Shown: positions 56,714 to 62,737 of the stretch, piece after piece | How the letters are laid out: each line of letters starts with the position of its first letter | Numbering within the stretch: the first letter of the stretch is position 1 | NCBI GenBank assembly: GCA_016933215.1 | Contig: JAFGBH010000056.1 | Span: forward strand, 1 to 62,737 | DNA from: Deltaproteobacteria bacterium | Lineage (GTDB): Bacteria; Desulfobacterota; Syntrophia; Syntrophales; UBA2210 | DNA: 62,737 bases | Direction of reading: 5' to 3' | The notes under the pieces: model-generated | Database searches by the model: none | What the model saw: the letters and a program-made list of their open reading frames with translations, nothing else | What the model was told of the DNA's origin: nothing | Translations under genes and position numbers: made by a program

Positions 56714-57832
56714 ATGGCACGGCATTTATTAAATACATTCATATTTATCATAATAGTTACCCTGTTAATCGGTTGCGGAGCGAAAAAAAGGATCCCCCGA
56801 TTCATGCCCGTTGATCTTACCAAAGAGCTCAAGGAGGGGAAGTATGTACAAAAGGTCGATAATTTGATGATTGTTCTCGATGTATCCTCGTCAATGTCCG
56901 ATTCATATATGAAAAAGACGAAATTTGACGCTGCAAAAAATGTTATCGACAACATAAACCGGTGCCTCCCCGAAATGGAATTAGAGATAGGATTAAGAAC
57001 TTTCGGATATTATATCTCTCCCTTTGAAGAAGAAACAACGCTTGTTTACGGGCTTACAGATTATAGGAGAGATGAGTTTGGAAAGATTATAAGAAAAGTG
57101 GAAGCGGGAAATGGAAGAAGTCCAATGGTCCTGGGGATCAATGCAGCCAGTGAGGACTTGAAGGAAACAGAGGATGGAATAGCGGTTATTATCGTTAGTG
57201 ATTGGAAGAAAGCCGAAGAGTACGCGATACCCGCAGTAGAAAATATGAAGAATATGTACGGTGACAGGATTTGTATATATACCATTATGGTGGGAGAAGA
57301 CGAGGACGGCAAAGAGAGAATGGAAGAGGTCGCAAAGGCTGGATACTGCGGATTTCCCAAAAACTCCGCTGAGCTGGCATCGGGAAAACAGATGGCCGAT
57401 TTCATCAGAAAAGTTTTCTTGAAAAAAGCCCCACCAAAACCAGAGGTCGTGGAGGAAGTGCTGCCAGTTGAAATACCCGCGCCCGTTTATACCGAGAAGG
57501 TGGCATTCACGGCTACGCTCAAGGCGGACGTTCTCTTTGATTTTAACTCGGCAGACTTGAAGCCGGGCGCTGGAGAAGAATTATCCAGAATCATCACAAC
57601 ACTCAGAACATATCCGGAAACGGCAATAAGAGTTGAGGGACATACCGATTCGCGGGGTCCGGAGTGGTATAACCAGGATCTTTCAGAAAGGCGTGCCGCA
57701 GCTGTTAAAGATGCCCTTGTTCAAATGGGTGCCGATCCCACAAAGATAGAGGCCGTCGGCTTTGGCGAATCACAGCTCATATCGAGAGATCATGCACTGA
57801 ACAGAAGGGTAAATATCGTCACCGCTCCATAG
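56714..57832 (+). CDS. OmpA-family lipoprotein with N-terminal vWA domain
   Basis: LLIGC lipobox; VLDVSSSM / IIVSDW vWA; VLFDFNSA, VEGHTDSRG...YNQDLSERRA..V OmpA C-domain. Confidence 0.88.
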   Translation: MARHLLNTFIFIIIVTLLIGCGAKKRIPRFMPVDLTKELKEGKYVQKVDNLMIVLDVSSSMSDSYMKKTKFDAAKNVIDNINRCLPEMELEIGLRTFGYYISPFEEETTLVYGLTDYRRDEFGKIIRKVEAGNGRSPMVLGINAASEDLKETEDGIAVIIVSDWKKAEEYAIPAVENMKNMYGDRICIYTIMVGEDEDGKERMEEVAKAGYCGFPKNSAELASGKQMADFIRKVFLKKAPPKPEVVEEVLPVEIPAPVYTEKVAFTATLKADVLFDFNSADLKPGAGEELSRIITTLRTYPETAIRVEGHTDSRGPEWYNQDLSERRAAAVKDALVQMGADPTKIEAVGFGESQLISRDHALNRRVNIVTAP

Positions 57833-58018
57833 TGCTTTGATACTTTTCAAGACTGCCGGAACGAAAGAGAAGCGTCTTCAGAGAACCTACTTTATCTCCG
57901 GCCTTTGTATTAACAAGCCAGATTACGTCTTAACCAATACTTTTAAATACGCTATGGGAAGAATAACGAGAGCCATTTCACAAGCGATGGTAATAGTGTC
58001 CGCTGCAAGAGGAGATTC

Positions 58019-59239
58019 ATGGAATATTTGCTTGTTTTTATAATCGGAATAGTCCTGGGTGCTTTGATAGCTCTGGTGATCAGCTGGATACGTGCCCGGG
58101 AAGCGAAGATGATTGCACAGGAACTCGTATCCGAGGCAGAGCATCAGAAGATGCAGGACCTGGAGTCAATAATCGGCAGAGTGAAAGAGTCCTTCGGGGC
58201 GCTCTCTATGGATGCCCTCTCAAAGAATACGGAGGAATTTTTAAAGCTTGCAAACGAGAGGCTTTCGAAACAGACGGAGTCTGGAGAAAAAGACCTCGAC
58301 GGAAAGAAAAAGCTCATTGATCAGACCCTTGAGGCGATGAAAACGGACCTGAAAGGGATTCAGGACCTTGTGGTTACCCTTGAAAAAGACAGGGAGAAAA
58401 AATTTGGAGAACTTACCAGCCAGTTAAGGTCGACCTCTGAGCAGACGATAAAACTGCAGGAGACGGCTCATCAGTTGAAAGTTGCGCTTTCAAGCACAAA
58501 GACCCGCGGTCAATGGGGCGAGAGAATGGCCGAAGACGTGCTGAGGCTGGCAGGTTTTGTCGAAGGAATAAATTACAGAAAACAGAAGGCGCTCGAAACG
58601 GCAGCGACGCGACCCGATTACACCTTTTTCCTGCCTCAGGACCTGAAGGTCAACATGGACGTTAAATTTCCTCTCGACAATTATCTTCGATATCTCGAAT
58701 CGGAAAGCGATACGGAAAGGGAAAAGAATAAAAACAGATTTCTGAAGGATGTGCGCGAGAGGATAAAAGAGGTGTTGACGAGAGATTATATTAATCCCGA
58801 AGAAAATACGGTGGATTATGTAATCGTATTCATACCGAACGAGCAGGTCTATGCCTTTATAAATGAAAATGATGCAACAATTCTCGATGCGGCCCTCAAG
58901 GATAAGGTGATACTCTGTTCACCCATTACACTCTATGCAATTCTGGCGGTGATCAGGCAGGCAGTTGACAACTTCAATCTTGAGAAAACCGCGGCTCAGA
59001 TACTTTCGCTACTCGGCACCTTTTACAAGCAATGGGATTCGTTTATACGATCCTTCGAGAAGATGGGAAAGAGGATAGACGACGTTCAGAAAGAATTCAA
59101 TCATCTTACCTCAACGAGACGAAATCAGCTTGAGAAACCCCTCAGGAGAATAGAAGACCTCCGAAAGCAGAGAGGAATAGACGACGTTGAATTGGCGGCA
59201 GGAGATGAGACATCCTTTATTGATGTTGAGGAAAAATAG
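58019..59239 (+). CDS. rmuC: DNA recombination protein RmuC
   Basis: N-terminal TM and coiled coil; RGQWGE, RPD..F.LP, DVKFPL, FIPNE. Confidence 0.92.
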   Translation: MEYLLVFIIGIVLGALIALVISWIRAREAKMIAQELVSEAEHQKMQDLESIIGRVKESFGALSMDALSKNTEEFLKLANERLSKQTESGEKDLDGKKKLIDQTLEAMKTDLKGIQDLVVTLEKDREKKFGELTSQLRSTSEQTIKLQETAHQLKVALSSTKTRGQWGERMAEDVLRLAGFVEGINYRKQKALETAATRPDYTFFLPQDLKVNMDVKFPLDNYLRYLESESDTEREKNKNRFLKDVRERIKEVLTRDYINPEENTVDYVIVFIPNEQVYAFINENDATILDAALKDKVILCSPITLYAILAVIRQAVDNFNLEKTAAQILSLLGTFYKQWDSFIRSFEKMGKRIDDVQKEFNHLTSTRRNQLEKPLRRIEDLRKQRGIDDVELAAGDETSFIDVEEK

Positions 59240-59287
59240 GCACAAAGGGACAGAGCAAAAAAAGGTAAATGGGCACAAAGGCACAAA
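59239..59287 (+). repeat. 8-mer repeat array (GGCACAAA) upstream of the four-helix-bundle gene
   Basis: GGCACAAA at 59239, 59272 and 59280, plus variant GGGACAGA. Confidence 0.75.
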
Positions 59288-59298
59288 GTACAACAACG

Positions 59299-59767
59299 AT
59301 GAAAACATACAGAGACCTTATTGTATGGCAGAAGTCTGTGCACTTTGTAACGGTAATATATCAAATAACAAAGACGTTCCCTAAAGATGAAGCCTTTGGT
59401 TTGATTTCGCAGATGAGGCGATGTTCTGTTTCTATCCCCAGCAATATTGCAGAAGGTTACGGCCGAAGATCAAAAAATGATTATGTACGCTTCCTGCAAA
59501 TAGCAATGGGGGCGGTCTTAGAGTTACAAACCCAGTTAGAGATTAGCCGGAATCTGAAATATCTTACTCCAAATCAACTTGAAGAGATTTACGAACTGAA
59601 CAGCGAGCGCAATCCTCGCTGCTGGCGGCGGGGTTAGCGAGCGAATAAAAAATGCAGTTTTCCTTAACAGTCGGAGATCCCACGCAACTTGTTGCGGGGA
59701 GCTTCAATTAAGTCGAGAAATTGAACGAATGCTTAGTAGCCTGATCAATAAAGTACGAGCAAAATAG
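59299..59767 (+). pseudogene. Four helix bundle protein (TIGR02436 / 23S rRNA IVS protein-like) interrupted by a miniature element
   Basis: MKTYRDLIVWQKS..FP.DEAFGLISQMRRCSVSIPSNIAEG..ELQTQL; native tail LSREIERMLSSLINKVRAK* (59708-59767) is out of frame after a 112-bp insertion. Confidence 0.85.
59591..59707 (+). mobile_element. Miniature IS200/IS605-like element, family A copy 5 (no middle module), intragenic
   Basis: ACGAA|CTGAACAGCGAGCGCA...TTGCGGGGAGCTTCAA. Confidence 0.85.
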
Positions 59768-59782
59768 TCTTCGTCTCTTGAC

Positions 59783-59890
59783 TTTGTGCCTATGTGCCTT
59801 TGTCCCTTTTATTATTACTATATGCCTTTTTGCTTTTGCTTTTCTTTGTGCCTATGTGCCTTTGTTACTTTGTTCCTTTGTTACTTTGCC
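59783..59890 (-). repeat. 8-mer repeat array, inverted relative to 59239-59287
   Basis: Plus strand TTTGTGCC/TATGTGCC/TTTGTCCC/TTTGTTAC/TTTGTTCC units at 59783, 59791, 59799, 59845, 59853, 59861, 59869, 59877. Confidence 0.8.
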
Positions 59891-59897
59891 TTTAGTA

Positions 59898-61604
59898 TCA
59901 CAAAATAACGTTCAGAAGACCTCCCACCGTCAAAGCCGACACAATCATAATCAACATTGACTTCAGAAAATCCCGCAGTCCCAATTCCTTCAAAAGAACC
60001 ACGAACGTGGCAATGCAGGGGAAGAACATCGTAAGGACCACACTTCCAATAACCATCTGTTTGGCCGTGAGTGCCGAAATTGCGAGCATTCCGAGGGCGG
60101 CATCTTTCCTGATAAATCCGATCACGATTGCCACGATCGACTCTTCGGGTAGTCCCCAGATGCCGGTAATCACAGGTGCGGCAAATCTCGCGACATAATC
60201 AAAGATCCCAAAAATAAAGAGTATATTTATGATAAAGACGGCTGCCAGGATTATGGGCACTGCCTCCCTGAGAAAATTATCAATTCTGTAGAAGAGTTTC
60301 TGGAAGACGATTCCCCATGGCGGGATCCGGTAGGGTGGAATTTCTATCAGGAGTTCAGGGCTCAGACCTTTTAATATCTTGTTCAGGATATAACCGAGTA
60401 TGATCCATACCAGAAAAAGCGTTCCGTAAACCATGGCCACATATTTTCCGCCGAATTTACCGACGAGTCCAAAAATCATCGCCTGGGCAGACGCGCAGGG
60501 AATAGCGATGGAAACGAGCGTCGCCGCGATGAAACGTTCCCGCCTGCTTTCGAGGACGCGCGTTGCCATTATGGCGGGCACGTTGCATCCAAGTCCCAAA
60601 AGCGTGGGAACAATAGCGAATCCGTGCAAACCAATTTTGTGCATGGTGGTATCCAAAAGAACGGCCAGTCGGGGAAGGTACCCGATATCCTCGAGGAGTC
60701 CTATGACCAGGTAAAAGGAAATAATATAGGGGAGTACCATCGCGATCGGGACATAAAGGCCACTGCTTAGAAGCCCGAATGACTCAATAAAATGGATATT
60801 CCCGGAGATAAGCTTTCCCACAATGACATCATGGAGTAAACCGCCTTCGCCCATAAGAACGCTCAGCTTTGTCAATACCGGCAGCCATATCTTATAAAAG
60901 AAAGGATCAAGGATATAAGTGATGAGATTTTCGCCGACAAAGCGGATGATATAGTAAGAAATGGCAAGGACCGCCGCGGCGATAAAAAGACCGGTTTTCG
61001 GTTTTACACTTGCGTCTTCGAGACGCTCAAACCACCGGTGATGACGATGGGCGATGGTCTGAATATTGTCTATGATTTTTCCTACGAAGGCCCAGCGTTC
61101 GTCACGGTTCATGGACGTTATATCAGAAGTGGTGGCACGTGGAATGCTTTCCGCCAGGTCTTTTATTCCCTGTCCCGTGAGACCCGAGGTTGCGATGACG
61201 GGAACGCCGAGAATAGTTTCTAACTTTTTACGGTCAATTGAAATGCCGCGGTGTTTTGTGTCGTCCCAGAGATTGAGTGCCACGACAAGGGGAATCTTTT
61301 TTTCCAGTAGCTGAAGGGTCAGATAGAGGTTTCTTTCGAGGTTGGTTGCATCGACTACATTGATGACCACATCGCCCGATTTCAGCATGTCGAGTGCTAT
61401 TTCTTCCGCCTCACTGGTGGGTTCGAGCGTATAGGTACCGGGTACATCGATGATTTCGGCCGTTTCATCGCCGGTCTTCATAAAACCGCTTGTATAACTT
61501 ACGGTGGTACCGGGGTAATTAGACGAAACAACGCGCACTCCCGTAAGACGGGAGAATATGACGCTCTTTCCGACATTTGGATTACCCATGAGCAAAATCT
61601 TCAT
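59898..61604 (-). CDS. feoB: Ferrous iron transporter B
   Basis: GNPNVGKS, NYPGTTV, DVPG, DATNLERN, GLGCNVPA, FFPCIAT. Confidence 0.93.
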   Translation of the reverse strand: MKILLMGNPNVGKSVIFSRLTGVRVVSSNYPGTTVSYTSGFMKTGDETAEIIDVPGTYTLEPTSEAEEIALDMLKSGDVVINVVDATNLERNLYLTLQLLEKKIPLVVALNLWDDTKHRGISIDRKKLETILGVPVIATSGLTGQGIKDLAESIPRATTSDITSMNRDERWAFVGKIIDNIQTIAHRHHRWFERLEDASVKPKTGLFIAAAVLAISYYIIRFVGENLITYILDPFFYKIWLPVLTKLSVLMGEGGLLHDVIVGKLISGNIHFIESFGLLSSGLYVPIAMVLPYIISFYLVIGLLEDIGYLPRLAVLLDTTMHKIGLHGFAIVPTLLGLGCNVPAIMATRVLESRRERFIAATLVSIAIPCASAQAMIFGLVGKFGGKYVAMVYGTLFLVWIILGYILNKILKGLSPELLIEIPPYRIPPWGIVFQKLFYRIDNFLREAVPIILAAVFIINILFIFGIFDYVARFAAPVITGIWGLPEESIVAIVIGFIRKDAALGMLAISALTAKQMVIGSVVLTMFFPCIATFVVLLKELGLRDFLKSMLIMIVSALTVGGLLNVIL

Positions 61605-61612
61605 TTTGCCGC

Positions 61613-61843
61613 CTATTTTGTTTCGACGATTATTTTTTGTGCCATGCCGTAACCGATGGCAATCAGAGACCTGTTTATCTGAACGGTGACGGGACCCCTC
61701 AACATCATGGAACCTTTTTTCGTTACTTTCTTTCCCGGTATAATACCAAGAGAGTTCAGGCGATTGGTAAGTCCCTGACCCCCTCGTATTTCAATTATTG
61801 TACCGGCTTCTTCGGAATGAAGATCACCGAGAGATTTAACCAC
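61613..61843 (-). CDS. feoA: Ferrous iron transport protein A
   Basis: RLNSLGIIPG..V...GPVTVQI....IAIG..MAQKI; likely GTG 61843 (the ORF-track extension runs into a repeat). Confidence 0.88.
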   Translation of the reverse strand: MVKSLGDLHSEEAGTIIEIRGGQGLTNRLNSLGIIPGKKVTKKGSMMLRGPVTVQINRSLIAIGYGMAQKIIVETK

Positions 61844-61871
61844 TGTATATTCTTTCCTTCCAACTCTTAAA

Positions 61872-61926
61872 TTGAAGCTCCCCGAAGTATAATAGCCGAG
61901 GGGAATATACTCGCTGTTCAATTCAA
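61872..61926 (-). mobile_element. Miniature IS200/IS605-like element, family A copy 6 (minimal, ends only)
   Basis: Minus strand TTGAA|TTGAACAGCGAG...TTCCCC-TCGGCTATTATACTTC-GGGGAGCTTCAA. Confidence 0.7.
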
Positions 61927-62053
61927 TATAGTTATTTATACTATAAAAAACAAGGTACGTAAAAGATATTTACGAAAAACAAAGCGAATATATTGCCTTA
62001 CGTCATAGAGAGGAAAAGGCATATTCTCTTATGGTATGGCAAACTGTCATAAT

Positions 62054-62075
62054 AAAAGAGGCCCCTTGGGGCCTC
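62054..62075 (-). terminator. Rho-independent terminator downstream of csp
   Basis: Minus strand GAGGCCCC-AA-GGGGCCTC-TTTT. Confidence 0.6.
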
Positions 62076-62271
62076 CTCTGTATTCATCTATCTCCGCACT
62101 TTCCTGCGGTACTTTTTACATAAGGTTCTATCAGGCAAACCACTCTGATATGAGAATATTTAAGCAGTTCTACTGATAACATCCGGTATTTAAATTTTCT
62201 AACGCAGCCTTGTCAAACTTTGATTTAAAGAACTCTTTTTCTGTGTGACGATTTAGCTGGTTACTTTACTG

Positions 62272-62472
62272 TTATGGCTTTGTAACGTTTTTTGCCTGAA
62301 ACCCCCTGTCTGTCTCCTCGATGTCGAAGTTTACCTCTTCGCCCTCATTAAGGGTCCTGAAGCCATCCATGTTAATGGATGAGTAATGAACGAACAAATC
62401 TTGGCCATTTTCCTGCTGAATGAAACCAAACCCCTTCTTCTCATTAAACCATTTTACCGTTCCCGTTGCCAA
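62272..62472 (-). CDS. Cold-shock protein (CspA family)
   Basis: [22 protein letters not shown]; TTG start after AAGGAGG. Confidence 0.95.
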   Translation of the reverse strand: MATGTVKWFNEKKGFGFIQQENGQDLFVHYSSINMDGFRTLNEGEEVNFDIEETDRGFQAKNVTKP

Positions 62473-62676
62473 CGCAAAAACCTCCTTTTTAAAAAACAGT
62501 GAAACAATAAATAATAACTCGATCGGTTATCGGTTCACCGGCCTCCAATTAAAACTTGCCTCCGGAAAACCTTACCCCGAGCCCAACACAGATTGTTTAA
62601 TGTTTATACCGAGTTCTGTTATCCGTCAAGAAAAAAATGAGCCTTTATTTAAATTAGCATAAATTGTGCGTCAGTC

Positions 62677-62737
62677 TTGAACTGAATAGCGAGCGCATTC
62701 CCCGTTGCTTGCAGCGGGGTTAGCGAGCGAATAAAAA
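62677..62737 (+). mobile_element. Miniature IS200/IS605-like element, family A copy 7 (cut by the window end)
   Basis: TTGAA|CTGAATAGCGAGCGCA-TTCCCCGTTGC..GCAGCGGGG-TTAGCGAGCGAATAAAAA. Confidence 0.8.

Noticed and set aside
59299-59767. Diversity-generating retroelement (Avd-like protein)
   Set aside because: No reverse transcriptase and no TR/VR pair differing at adenines seen in the window
59239-59890. CRISPR array
   Set aside because: Units are 8 bp, degenerate and contiguous, with no unique spacers; no cas genes in the window
1-62737. Autonomous transposase (tnpA/tnpB/RAYT) for the miniature elements
   Set aside because: No HUH-Y1, RuvC/zinc-ribbon or DDE ORF recognised in the ORF track; it must lie outside the window if it exists

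Overview
Bacterial chromosomal window. Gene style suggests an anaerobic Desulfobacterota/Syntrophales-like organism (inference, no database search). Housekeeping blocks: mtaB-mnmA; miaA-GT2-ispG-proS-rel-amidase-rph-rdgB-tRNA-Pro; a Vor-type 2-oxoacid:ferredoxin oxidoreductase operon; rmuC; feoAB; csp. Accessory parts: (1) a ThDP-lyase/SDR/Zn-ADH/transporter cluster. (2) A ~6.7 kb element in tRNA-Pro(TGG), bounded by a 29-bp direct repeat, with a tyrosine integrase, a Rep_trans-type initiator with a candidate nick hairpin, an orphan ORF and TrkH cargo. (3) A 1139-aa protein with MORN repeats at both ends of an ~820-residue E/K/R/A helical rod, plus a second MORN protein. (4) A ~15 kb co-oriented catabolic cluster around a single-Cys glycyl radical enzyme of unknown reaction, with CoA-transferase, MmgE/PrpD, acyl-CoA dehydrogenase, SCP2, cupin and lipase genes and no activase in the window. 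(5) A four-helix-bundle gene flanked by inverted 8-mer arrays. (6) Three families of small non-coding mobile repeats, including seven copies of a modular IS200/IS605-like miniature element (TTGAA|...TTCAA). One copy interrupts the four-helix-bundle gene, and its removal restores the frame.
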